DNA of 33,687 bases from Gemmatimonadaceae bacterium. Its GTDB lineage: Bacteria; Gemmatimonadota; Gemmatimonadetes; Gemmatimonadales; Gemmatimonadaceae. The position numbers and the translations under genes are program-made. Positions 16,908 to 25,371 of the stretch are shown one piece after another. Each line of letters begins with the position of its first letter. Position 1 is the first letter of the stretch. Below the pieces are notes generated by a model. It did not search any database. It was given only the letters and a program-made list of their open reading frames with translations, and was not told where the DNA came from. The stretch is taken from the NCBI GenBank assembly GCA_045804305.1, contig JBJMNM010000511.1, positions 1-33,687 on the forward strand. The letters run 5' to 3'.

Positions 16908-17017
16908 GGCGGGCTCCAGTAGGGGGCGACGAGGTGGGTGCTTCGACGCCGCCACGCTATGGCCCCGCAGTCATTCGCCGGTCATCCGCCGGTCACGTCA
17001 CGTCAGGCGGTCGACCA

Positions 17018-17260
17018 CTACGCCGCCGGCTGGCGGCGGATCGTGCCCGGAAGCGACAACAGCGCCCACGAGCCTTCGAGGATGATGAACCCCACGTTCC
17101 ACGTGCGGATCGCCGAATAGGTCAGCAGCAGGGATCCGGCGAGGTTGATGGCATTGAACGCCCGGCTCTCGCGCGACAACCTGCCGCGCTGAAGCGCGAC
17201 GTAGCCCGCCAGGATGAAGACGGCGCCGAGGATGGACGCGAGTTGATCGATGAGCCGCAT
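17018..17260 (-). CDS. Small (80 aa) hydrophobic membrane protein, hypothetical
   Basis: MRLIDQLASILGAVFILAGYVAL...AINLAGSLLLTYSAI...VGFIILEGSWALLSL gives 2-3 predicted TM helices. High GC3. Vague resemblance to CBU_0592-like small membrane proteins, from memory only. Confidence 0.6.
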   Translation of the reverse strand: MRLIDQLASILGAVFILAGYVALQRGRLSRESRAFNAINLAGSLLLTYSAIRTWNVGFIILEGSWALLSLPGTIRRQPAA

Positions 17261-17277
17261 CCGTACAACTTACAGCG

Positions 17278-17532
17278 ATGAGCTGGACCCGCCTCTCGCT
17301 GCGCCTCGCCTTCCGCGCACTCCGCTCCCCGCGCACGGGCGCGGCGCTGCTGCGCATCGCGTGGCGGTTTCGCCGGCGTGGCTGGTGGCGTCGGCCCCCG
17401 TTCCTTCCCCTTCCGGCGGCCGACTACGTCCGGTGGCGCATGCACACGGCCTACGGCGACTCCAACGCCGTCCCGCCGATGGAGGACGTGGTGCGTTACG
17501 CGCGCTGGGCAATCCGCGGGCGGACCCCATGA
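17278..17532 (+). CDS. Small Arg/Trp-rich hypothetical protein (84 aa) translationally coupled to queG
   Basis: ATG at 17278. The stop TGA overlaps the queG ATG (ATGA at 17529-17532). I counted third-position GC near 90% in this frame, against clearly lower GC3 in the frame of the N-terminal queG extension in the track. Confidence 0.5.
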   Translation: MSWTRLSLRLAFRALRSPRTGAALLRIAWRFRRRGWWRRPPFLPLPAADYVRWRMHTAYGDSNAVPPMEDVVRYARWAIRGRTP

Positions 17533-18602
17533 TCGACGCGCCGGCGGCCGCTCCAGCCGCGCCGGCCCCGTCCGAGCTGTCCACGCTCGCCAAGGCGCAC
17601 GCCTTCGCGCTCGGCTTCGACCTGGTTGGAATCGCGCCGCTCGGTCCCGCGGAGACCTCGGCGCTGTTCGAGGAGTGGTTGGCGGAGGGCTACGCGGGAA
17701 CGATGCAGTATCTCGCGCGCGGCGCGGAAAAGCGGCGTGACTCGCGGCTGCCGCTTCCGGGCACCACGCACGCGATCGTCGTCGCGTTGGACTACGGCGG
17801 GAAGGAGCCGGCCGGGCCCGTGGCCCGCTACGCGCGTGGAGACGACTATCACGACGTGATGGAGGCGCGACTGCGCGAGCTGCATGCCCGCGTGGAGCGC
17901 GACGCCGGACGCTCGATCGCCGGCAAGCCGTACGTGGACACGGGGCCGATCCTCGAGCGCGACCTCGCGCGGCGCGCCGGGCTCGGGTGGTTCGGCAAGA
18001 ACACCAACCTGCTCAACCCGTCACTCGGATCGTTCTTCTTTCTCGGCGCGCTCGTGCTGGACGTCGAGCTCGCGCCGGACGCGCCGTTCGAGGCGGACCG
18101 CTGCGGCACCTGCACGCGCTGCATCGAGGCCTGCCCCACCGACGCGATCGTGGCACCGCGCAGGCTCGACGCGACGCGCTGCATCTCCTATCTCACGATC
18201 GAGCTGAAGGGCGAGATTCCGGTGGAGTTGCGGGAGAAGCTCGGCGCCCTGCTCTACGGCTGCGACATCTGTCAGGACGTGTGCCCCTGGAACGTGCGGT
18301 TCGCACGGGAGAATCGCGTCGCGGAGTTCGAGCCTCGTCCATTCATCGGCCGCAAGGATGCGGCAACGCTCGCGCGTGACCTGCTCGCGCTCACGCCGGA
18401 CGAGTTCAGCACCGCATTCAAGGGCTCGCCGATGAAGCGCGCGAAGCTGCGAGGGCTCCAGCGCAACGCGGCCGTGGTGCTCGGCAACGTCGGCGAGACG
18501 CGGCCAGCAGCGCCTACTGGATCTGGATGTACAGCGGCACCGGCGCGAGCCGCAGGATGTCACCGCGCGGGGTCGGCGGCCGGTCGTTCTTCGCCTTCGT
18601 GA
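17529..18602 (+). CDS. queG: Epoxyqueuosine reductase
   Basis: YAGTMQYL, RYARGDDYH, GLGWFGKNTNLL, two 4Fe-4S motifs (CGTCTRCIEACP, CDICQDVCPWN) and KGSPMKRAKLRGLQRNAAVVLGN. Start trimmed to ATG 17529. The last ~30 codons overlap the convergent gene. Confidence 0.9.
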   Translation: MIDAPAAAPAAPAPSELSTLAKAHAFALGFDLVGIAPLGPAETSALFEEWLAEGYAGTMQYLARGAEKRRDSRLPLPGTTHAIVVALDYGGKEPAGPVARYARGDDYHDVMEARLRELHARVERDAGRSIAGKPYVDTGPILERDLARRAGLGWFGKNTNLLNPSLGSFFFLGALVLDVELAPDAPFEADRCGTCTRCIEACPTDAIVAPRRLDATRCISYLTIELKGEIPVELREKLGALLYGCDICQDVCPWNVRFARENRVAEFEPRPFIGRKDAATLARDLLALTPDEFSTAFKGSPMKRAKLRGLQRNAAVVLGNVGETRPAAPTGSGCTAAPARAAGCHRAGSAAGRSSPS

Positions 18603-19689
18603 ACTGCTTCCACCCGGTGAACTGCACCGGCTCGCGCTTGATGTCGCGCCAGTAGGTGTCGCGCTTCATCCACGGCGGGCCGAAGCCGTCCATGTGCATC
18701 ACGACCTGCACGCGCGGGTCGAGCTCGATCTTCCGCGCGTTGGTCACGCCCTTGGGCGTGAAGCGGTGCACGACGAGGATCTTGGGAGGCAGCTTGTGCT
18801 TCTCCACGAGGGTCGCGAGGAAGCGCGTCGCGTAGTTGATGTCCGCCGCGTCGTAGGTGCCGATGCGCTTTCCCGGGATGCCGCCGTTCTTCATCGAGAA
18901 CTCGGGATCGATGCCGAGGTGCACGTCGGGGCGAATCAGGAACTTCTCGATCCACGGCAGCTCCGCCTGCAGCGTGCTCTGCCCCACCTGCAGGTCGACG
19001 AACATGAGCGCGTTCCGGCTCCGTGCCCAGCCGTACACCTTCTCGATCATCGCACTGTCGTGGCGCGTCCGGTACTTGCCGCTCGGGCCTGGATACCCGT
19101 CCGCGACGAGCGCGATCACCTGCAGCGCCGGGATCGCGGGCGTCGCCGGATCGATGCGATTCCAGGCCGCCACCTCCGCGTCGAGCTTCCGCAGCATGTC
19201 CTCGGACTCGAACTCGCCGAGGATCCCCATGCGCCGCGACTTGGGATTGCCGTAGAAGGCGATGATGCGCTTCGCGGGAAGGATGCTCCCCGGCAGCGGT
19301 GCGGGTCCCTTCACGGGCCAGAGCGAATCCAGCGGGCTCGCCATGTCTCGAAAGGCCGGATGGCGATGGCCCGACTTCGGGCCCATCACGGCGCGCGGCC
19401 GCGGCCGGGAACTGTCGGGCGTCGCGCCACTGTCGGGCATCGCGCGTCGCTCCGCTCGACGACCGATCGGCGACGAATCCATCACGGTCGCTCGCCGCGC
19501 CGACGTGAGGGAGTCGACGGTGTCCGCCGGAGCTCGCGACGACACGGCGCGGACGCCGGCAGGTGCCGGTGTCGAGGCGTCCGGGTTTCCAGCGCGCTGC
19601 GCGCTATCGGCACACGCGACGGAGGACGTCAGGATGGTGGCGAGCGCGCCGAGTCGGACGACCAATGGCGCGAGATGGCGATGAATCAT
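18514..19689 (-). CDS. Hypothetical secreted protein / probable lipoprotein with an unassigned ~280-aa C-terminal domain
   Basis: Preferred ATG at 19689 (MIHRHLAPLVVRLGALATILTSSVAC; the Cys after the hydrophobic stretch is an imperfect lipobox); the track start is GTG at 19713. Ser/Pro/Ala-rich linker followed by a well-structured-looking domain. High GC3. Confidence 0.72.
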   Translation of the reverse strand: MIHRHLAPLVVRLGALATILTSSVACADSAQRAGNPDASTPAPAGVRAVSSRAPADTVDSLTSARRATVMDSSPIGRRAERRAMPDSGATPDSSRPRPRAVMGPKSGHRHPAFRDMASPLDSLWPVKGPAPLPGSILPAKRIIAFYGNPKSRRMGILGEFESEDMLRKLDAEVAAWNRIDPATPAIPALQVIALVADGYPGPSGKYRTRHDSAMIEKVYGWARSRNALMFVDLQVGQSTLQAELPWIEKFLIRPDVHLGIDPEFSMKNGGIPGKRIGTYDAADINYATRFLATLVEKHKLPPKILVVHRFTPKGVTNARKIELDPRVQVVMHMDGFGPPWMKRDTYWRDIKREPVQFTGWKQFTKAKNDRPPTPRGDILRLAPVPLYIQIQ

Positions 19690-19802
19690 GAGGGACGAAT
19701 GGGATGGCTGCACGACGGCGGGACAGCACGATGGCCTGAGGGCCGGCGGCGCGAAAGGCCGGTGAGCACGAAACGGTATCGCCGTTGCGTCGTAGTGCCG
19801 GC

Positions 19803-21782
19803 ATGACGCAGCCCACGGGCGAATTCCTCGAGCTCCAGGCGGCCCTCGCCGGTGAGTACTCTCTCCAGCGCGAGCTCGGCCGAGGAGGGATGGGCATCGT
19901 GTACCTCGCGCGCGACGTGCAGCTCGACCGCGACGTCGCCATCAAGGTGCTCCCATCACACCTGGCGCGCACCGCCGAGTCGCGCGAGCGATTCGTGCGG
20001 GAGGCACGCACGGCCGCCGGACTCTCGCACCCGCATATCGTCCCCATCCATCGCGTCGGCGAGGCGTCGGCGCCCGCGGCGCAGGGCGCCGCGGGCACGC
20101 GCTTCGTCTTCTTCGTCATGAGCTATGTGGAGGGCGAGACGCTCGGCGAGCGACTCCGCGCGCGCGGTCCCCTCCCCCCGACGGAGGCCGCGCGCGTGCT
20201 GCGCGAGGTCGCCTGGGCGCTCGCATACGCGCACGGCCGCGGCATCGTCCATCGCGACATCAAGCCGGACAACATCCTGCTGGAGGCTGGCACGGGCCGA
20301 GCGCTCGTGACCGACTTCGGCATTGCCCATGGCGGTGCCCACTCGGGGCCCGACACCGACCCAGGCAAGATCATGGGGACAGCGAACTTCATGAGCCCGG
20401 AGCAGGCCGCTGACGAGCCCATCGACGGGCGCAGCGACATCTATGCGCTCGGAGTGGTCGGCTATCTCGCCCTGAGCGGCCGGCTGCCCTTCGAGGCGCC
20501 GAGCCTGCCGGCCTTGCTCGTCCGACAGGCGACCGAGGCGCCACCGAGCGTGTCGCGCGCGGCGCCGGGGCTTCCTCCCGCACTGGCCGCCGCGATCGAC
20601 CGGTGTCTCGATCGCGACCCGGCTGCTCGCTTTCCAGACGGCGAGGCCATGGCGGCGGCGCTCGCACCAACGCCGGAGGCGCGGCCTTCCCTGCCGCCCA
20701 CGCTGCGCGCCTGGCTCGGTGCACGGAACCCGCTCCTCGTCCCCTACATGGGATGGTCCGCAGGGTTCGGCGTGCTCACCCTGGCGAACCTGATCGCCTG
20801 GGTGACCGGCAACCGGCCGGCTGGGCCGGGTGACATCGTGTTCCTCGCCGGGATCACGTCGCTGCCCCTCCTGCCGATCGTCGGCTTCCACCTCAACCAG
20901 GCGCGGCGGCAGTTCCGCGCCGGACATTCCCTTGCCGACCTGCGCTCGGCGCTCGAGATCGCGCGGCGCGAGCGGGCCGAGACCGAGGCGCTCGCGCGCG
21001 AAAGCGTGGAGCCCGCCGCCCATCGGGTCCTCCGCCTAGGCACGGTCGCGTCCGCGACCTGGCTCGCCGTCACCTTCGGACTCCTACTTCAGGGGACGAT
21101 CCACGAGAACAAGACGGGCATCGCCTGGTTCCTCGTGCCCCTGTTCAGCACGATGCTGCTGGGAGCAGTGAGCAACGCGCTCGACGTCCAATTCATTCCC
21201 AACGGGATCCGCGACTGGTGGCAGACGGGGATCCGCGAGCGCCTCTGGAACAGCCGAGCGGGGGAATGGCTCGCGCGACGGCTCGGCGCCCCCGATCGCT
21301 CCCGTGCGGTGGGCGGCGGCGTGTTCCGCGCCACCGAGTCGGTCCTCGGCGTGGCTGCGTCCGAGCTTTTCGCCGCCCTTCCGCGGGCGTATCGCGAGCA
21401 GTTGGCCGAGCTCCCAGCGACCGTCGCGGCGCTCGAGGCCCGGGCCGCCGAGGCTCGGGCGGAGATCGACGTGCTCGCGGCGCTCGCGCCGTCCGCCGCC
21501 GATCCTTCCGTAGGCTCGGGACAGGCTGTCGACGTGCTCGAGGCGAGGCGCAAGGCCGCCGGGATGCACCTGGCGGCGAGCGTCGCGGCGCTGGAGGGGA
21601 TCAGGCTCGACCTTCTGCGCCTGCACGCCGGCGCGAGCGATCTGGCGCCGCTCACGACGCTGATCGACGCGGCGCGCCTGCTGGGCGACGACGTGAGCCG
21701 CCTTGCCGAGGCACGACGCGATGCGGACGCAGCCACCGTGCGACGCTCGCTTGATGCAGAACGAATCCCGACGCCAGTGTGA
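19803..21782 (+). CDS. Hanks-type Ser/Thr protein kinase with a polytopic membrane / coiled-coil C-terminal region
   Basis: LGRGGMGIVYLARD...VAIKVL, HRDIKPDNILL, DFGIA, SPEQ. Four hydrophobic segments follow the kinase domain, then an Ala/Leu/Arg-rich helical tail. ATG at 19803 preferred over TTG at 19785. Confidence 0.9.
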   Translation: MTQPTGEFLELQAALAGEYSLQRELGRGGMGIVYLARDVQLDRDVAIKVLPSHLARTAESRERFVREARTAAGLSHPHIVPIHRVGEASAPAAQGAAGTRFVFFVMSYVEGETLGERLRARGPLPPTEAARVLREVAWALAYAHGRGIVHRDIKPDNILLEAGTGRALVTDFGIAHGGAHSGPDTDPGKIMGTANFMSPEQAADEPIDGRSDIYALGVVGYLALSGRLPFEAPSLPALLVRQATEAPPSVSRAAPGLPPALAAAIDRCLDRDPAARFPDGEAMAAALAPTPEARPSLPPTLRAWLGARNPLLVPYMGWSAGFGVLTLANLIAWVTGNRPAGPGDIVFLAGITSLPLLPIVGFHLNQARRQFRAGHSLADLRSALEIARRERAETEALARESVEPAAHRVLRLGTVASATWLAVTFGLLLQGTIHENKTGIAWFLVPLFSTMLLGAVSNALDVQFIPNGIRDWWQTGIRERLWNSRAGEWLARRLGAPDRSRAVGGGVFRATESVLGVAASELFAALPRAYREQLAELPATVAALEARAAEARAEIDVLAALAPSAADPSVGSGQAVDVLEARRKAAGMHLAASVAALEGIRLDLLRLHAGASDLAPLTTLIDAARLLGDDVSRLAEARRDADAATVRRSLDAERIPTPV

Positions 21783-21823
21783 CGCCACCTTGCCGGTGTC
21801 AGCTCACATCAACCAGGAACAGC

Positions 21824-22477
21824 ATGCGGATCGGAATCCTCGGGTCGGGCCTGATGGGCGGAAAGCTCGGGACGATCTTCGCGCGGGCGGGACATGACGT
21901 CGTGTTCAGCTATTCGCACAAGCAGAGCAAGCTCGAAAGGCTCGCGCGTGATAGCGGCACGACCGCGCGGGCGGGCACACCGCGCGAGGCGGCGCAGGAC
22001 GCGGACGTCATCTTGCTCGCCGTGCACTGGAGCCGTGTGGACGACGTGTTGAAGCAGGCCGGCGACCTCTCGGGCAAGGTGGTCGTCACCTGCTCGCTGC
22101 CGATGAACGACGACGACACCGGCCTCGTCGTCGCCCACACCTCGTCGGGAGCGGAGGAGCTCGCGAACAAGACACCCGGCGCGCACGTTGTCTCGGCGTT
22201 CAGCACCGTGCCGAGCGAAGTGCTGTTCGCCGTGTTCGCGGCGCGCGCGGGTGACGTACCTCCCAGCCTCGTCTATTGCGGCGACGATGATGAGGCGAAG
22301 GCGACCACCGCTCGCCTGATCCGCGACGCAGGCTTCGACCCGGTGGACGCCGGCCCGCTCGAGGTCGCCCGCTATACGGAGCCGTTCACGCTGCTCATCG
22401 CCAAGCTCGCGTACGAGGGCGACGGCGGGCCGGCGCTCGCGTACCGGTTCGAGCACTTCGAGGAGCGGTCCTCCTAG
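21824..22477 (+). CDS. NAD(P)-binding oxidoreductase, F420_oxidored / NADPH-dependent F420 reductase-like family
   Basis: MRIGILGSGLMGGKLG Rossmann motif, and family-typical ILLAVHW...VVVTCSLP...DDDEAK...IRDAGFDPVDAGPL. Start trimmed to ATG 21824. Confidence 0.85.
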   Translation: MRIGILGSGLMGGKLGTIFARAGHDVVFSYSHKQSKLERLARDSGTTARAGTPREAAQDADVILLAVHWSRVDDVLKQAGDLSGKVVVTCSLPMNDDDTGLVVAHTSSGAEELANKTPGAHVVSAFSTVPSEVLFAVFAARAGDVPPSLVYCGDDDEAKATTARLIRDAGFDPVDAGPLEVARYTEPFTLLIAKLAYEGDGGPALAYRFEHFEERSS

Positions 22478-24618
22478 GGCTGCCGTGCGATCACGAACCG
22501 CTTCCCGTCGGGCGACACGTCGTACATCGTGTTGAGCGCGGACTGATACGGTGTCCGAAACAACACGGTCTGTGCGCGAGCCGCCGGCGGTATGCCTCCC
22601 ACCGCCGCGTCCAGCTGCACCGCGACCAGCGCTCCGTCGCGCCAGTAGTACAGCTCCCTCCCATCGCCACGCCACACGGGATGCATGCCACCGCCGGAGG
22701 AGATCAACACGCGCCGTCCGGGGCGGGGGTACGAGTCGAGGTACACTTCCGGCTGTCCCGTCTCGTCCGAGGTATACGCGACCCAGCGCCCGTCCGGCGA
22801 GCTGCGCGCAGCCGTCTCGTCCGCGGGTGTCGCGGCATACCGCCGCGCCATGGACCCGTCCTTCGGCTGCACCAGGATGTCGTGCCGGTCGGGGCCGGCC
22901 TCCTCCGTGACGAGCAGACTACCGTCGCGCGGCCAGTCGCTCGGGAACTGCGTTCCGCTGCGCGTCGCCAGCACGTACTCCTTTCGCCCGTCGAGCGACC
23001 GCATCATCACGTCCTTGCCGGCCGGCGCACTCGCCGAGTAGGCGAGGAGCGCACCGTCGGGGCTCCATTGCGGGTCATTGCTGTCCGCGTCATCGTCGGT
23101 GAGTCGCCGCGTCGTGCGAGCGTCGAGATCCGTCACCCAGAGGTCGCTCGACTGCCGCCCGGGGCCGAAGGCGCCGTACGCGACGCGACGCCCGTCCGGC
23201 GAGAAGCGCGGCGTCCAGGGACGAGTGGCGGGAATCTCCTGCATCAGGCGGCCGGCGCGGTCGACCACGGTGAGCGAGCCGTTGCCCGCCACGATCGGCA
23301 CGTCGTTCATCGGTATTGGCGGCGTGACGCTCGCCATCGTCGCCGAGGGCGCAGTGTCGGTCCAGCGCCGCACGAGCGGCCACCGGTCGATGAGCAGCCC
23401 GCCGACGAGACCCAGCAGGAGCGTGACGGCCGCGGCGTACAACGCCGCGTGCGCGGACACCGTTCGGCTGCGAGACGCGACGCGTGGCTCGCTCGCCTTC
23501 ACCGCGACCACGTCGTCTACGTCATCCGGCGGCACGGGGAGCAGCGCCGCCGCGAACGCCGCGGCGTTCGGGAACCGATCGTCGGGGCGCTTCGCCAGCG
23601 CGCGCCGCACGGCCGCATCGACGAACGGCGCCACACCGGGGCGACGCGCTTCCAGCGCCGGCGGCAGCTCGTGCATCATGCGCCGCACGACGGCCTGCCG
23701 TGTCGGCGCCGCAAAGGGGGCCTCGCCGGCGAGCATCTCGTGCAGCACCACGCCGAGCGCGTAGACGTCGACGCGCGCGTCGAGCGCGCGCTCGCCCGCC
23801 GCCTGTTCCGGCGCCATGTACTGCGGAGTCCCGAGCGCGAGGCCCGTGCGCGTGATGCGCTCGCCGCCCGCCTGCTCGAGCGCGAGCGCAATGCCGAAGT
23901 CGGCGACCAGGGCATGCCCGTCCTGGAGTAACACGTTCTCCGGCTTCACGTCGCGGTGCACGATGCCTCGGACGTGCGCGTGGTCGAGCGCGTCCGCGAC
24001 TTCGCGCGCGAGGCGCACCGCTTCGGCGATCGGCAGCGGTCCGTCGCGCGCGAGCCGCGACCGCAGCGTCTCGCCCTCGACGAACGGCATCACGTACCAC
24101 AACAGCCCGTCCAGGCTCCCGGAGTCGAAGAGCGGCAGGATGTGCGGGTGCTGCAACGAAGCCGTCACGCGAATCTCCGCGAGGAACCGCTCGGCACCCA
24201 CCGCGGCCGCGAGCTCCTCGCGCAGCACCTTGATCGCGACGCGCCGACCGTGCCGCAGATCGCGCGCGAGGAACACCGTGGCCATGCCCCCGCGCGCGAT
24301 CTCGCGGTCGATCGCGTAGCGCCCCGCGAGCGCATTCGCGAGCCGCCCGGCAACCGGCGCCGGCGCGTCGGCTGCGCCCAGCGCTTCCACGGCAGGCCGC
24401 TCGAGGAAGTCATCGGCGGCGTCCACGTGCGCGGCGAGGAGCGACGCGACCTCGCGCCGAAGCGCCCGATCCTCACCGCATGCGGCAGCGACCACGGCGT
24501 CCCGCCGATCAGGCGCGCACGCGAGCGCGGCCTGGAGGATCGCCTCCACCACGTGCCACCGGTCGGGTGTCATCGGCGGCGCGTCGGCCGCCGGCTCGCC
24601 CGGAGTGGATATGGTCAT
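22474..24618 (-). CDS. Ser/Thr protein kinase with TM helix and C-terminal TolB-like (PD40/WD40-like) beta-propeller
   Basis: ARGGMATVFLARD...VAIKVL, HRDVKPENVLL, DFGIA, APEQ. TM AALYAAAVTLLLGLVGGLLI. Repeated PD40 signatures FSPDGRRVAY, WSPDGALLAY, SSPDGRWVAY, VSPDGKRFV. Start ATG 24618 overlaps the sigma stop (ATGA). The track's additional 128 N-terminal residues are out-of-frame read-through of the sigma gene. Confidence 0.9.
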   Translation of the reverse strand: MTISTPGEPAADAPPMTPDRWHVVEAILQAALACAPDRRDAVVAAACGEDRALRREVASLLAAHVDAADDFLERPAVEALGAADAPAPVAGRLANALAGRYAIDREIARGGMATVFLARDLRHGRRVAIKVLREELAAAVGAERFLAEIRVTASLQHPHILPLFDSGSLDGLLWYVMPFVEGETLRSRLARDGPLPIAEAVRLAREVADALDHAHVRGIVHRDVKPENVLLQDGHALVADFGIALALEQAGGERITRTGLALGTPQYMAPEQAAGERALDARVDVYALGVVLHEMLAGEAPFAAPTRQAVVRRMMHELPPALEARRPGVAPFVDAAVRRALAKRPDDRFPNAAAFAAALLPVPPDDVDDVVAVKASEPRVASRSRTVSAHAALYAAAVTLLLGLVGGLLIDRWPLVRRWTDTAPSATMASVTPPIPMNDVPIVAGNGSLTVVDRAGRLMQEIPATRPWTPRFSPDGRRVAYGAFGPGRQSSDLWVTDLDARTTRRLTDDDADSNDPQWSPDGALLAYSASAPAGKDVMMRSLDGRKEYVLATRSGTQFPSDWPRDGSLLVTEEAGPDRHDILVQPKDGSMARRYAATPADETAARSSPDGRWVAYTSDETGQPEVYLDSYPRPGRRVLISSGGGMHPVWRGDGRELYYWRDGALVAVQLDAAVGGIPPAARAQTVLFRTPYQSALNTMYDVSPDGKRFVIARQP

Positions 24619-25241
24619 GCCTCGAGCTCGCGGCGAAGCCACATGCGCGCGACGGCCCACTCGCGACCGACGGTCGCCTGCGAGATGCCGAGCGCGTCCG
24701 CCGCCTCGGGGATGCTCAGCCCGGCGAAATAACGCAGCTCCACCAGCCGCGCCTTGCGCGGATCCAGGACCGCGAGGCGGGCGAGGGCGTCGTCCAGCGC
24801 GAGCACGTCCACCGCGTCGGGCACCGCGACCGTCTGCTCGGCCTCGCCCAGGGTGACCTGCGTCCCGCCGCCTCCGCGCTTGAGTGCGTGGCGCGTGCGC
24901 GCGTGATCCACGAGCACGCGACGCATCATCTGCGCGGCGACGGCGAGGAACTGGCTCCGGCTTTCCCAGCGTGCGTCGTGCTGGCCATCCAGGCGCAGCC
25001 ACGCCTCGTGAACCAGTGCCGTGGCCTGGAGCGTGTTGCTCTCACCCTCGCGGCGCAGCGTACGCCGCGCCTGCCGGCGCAGCTCCGCATACACGAGCGG
25101 GATGAGCGCCTCGCTCGCCCCCGCGTCGCCCGCGCCCCACGCGTGCAGCAGCTCCGTGACCGCGTGCGCCGCGCGGCTATTCGTGGCAGGCGCCGGGGTC
25201 GAGGGAGACTCGGCCTCGGCAGGCACGGGCGTGATGGGCAT
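24615..25241 (-). CDS. ECF sigma factor of the kinase-associated type (Sigma70_ECF PF07638 / TIGR02999, ECF43-like)
   Basis: VTELLHAWGAGDAGASEALIPLVYAELRRQARRTLRREGESNTLQATALVHEAWLRL is the family hallmark N-terminus. Region 4 is VELRYFAGLSIPEAADALGISQATVGREWAVARMWLRRELE. Start trimmed to ATG 25241. Confidence 0.88.
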   Translation of the reverse strand: MPITPVPAEAESPSTPAPATNSRAAHAVTELLHAWGAGDAGASEALIPLVYAELRRQARRTLRREGESNTLQATALVHEAWLRLDGQHDARWESRSQFLAVAAQMMRRVLVDHARTRHALKRGGGGTQVTLGEAEQTVAVPDAVDVLALDDALARLAVLDPRKARLVELRYFAGLSIPEAADALGISQATVGREWAVARMWLRRELEA

Positions 25242-25371
25242 GAACGTTCGGCGTTGAGGGGAGAAGCCTGTCTGCCCGGTTGGACACCACCAGTCGTGAG
25301 TGGGTTTCGTCCGGTTTTGCGCGCTAAGAGATAAGGCGCCGAGCGCGCCGTTCCCGCTCCTGGAGGATACC

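Noticed and set aside
17250-17528. 93-aa N-terminal extension of the queG ORF
   Set aside because: GC3 is lower than in the overlapping 17278..17532 frame. QueG homology begins only after ATG 17529.
19956-21788. Minus-strand ORFs 19956..21023 and 21084..21788, antisense to the first kinase
   Set aside because: There are no recognisable domains, and the kinase frame is well supported.
22681-23931. 416-aa plus-strand ORF antisense to the PD40 kinase
   Set aside because: Same reasoning: the kinase and propeller motifs are on the minus strand.
24619-25002. N-terminal extension of the 842-aa ORF 22474..25002 (kinase)
   Set aside because: It reads through the ECF43-like sigma gene in another frame and gives an Arg/Gly/Ala-rich nonsense-like sequence. 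ATG 24618 gives a normal kinase N-terminus and an ATGA junction with the sigma stop.
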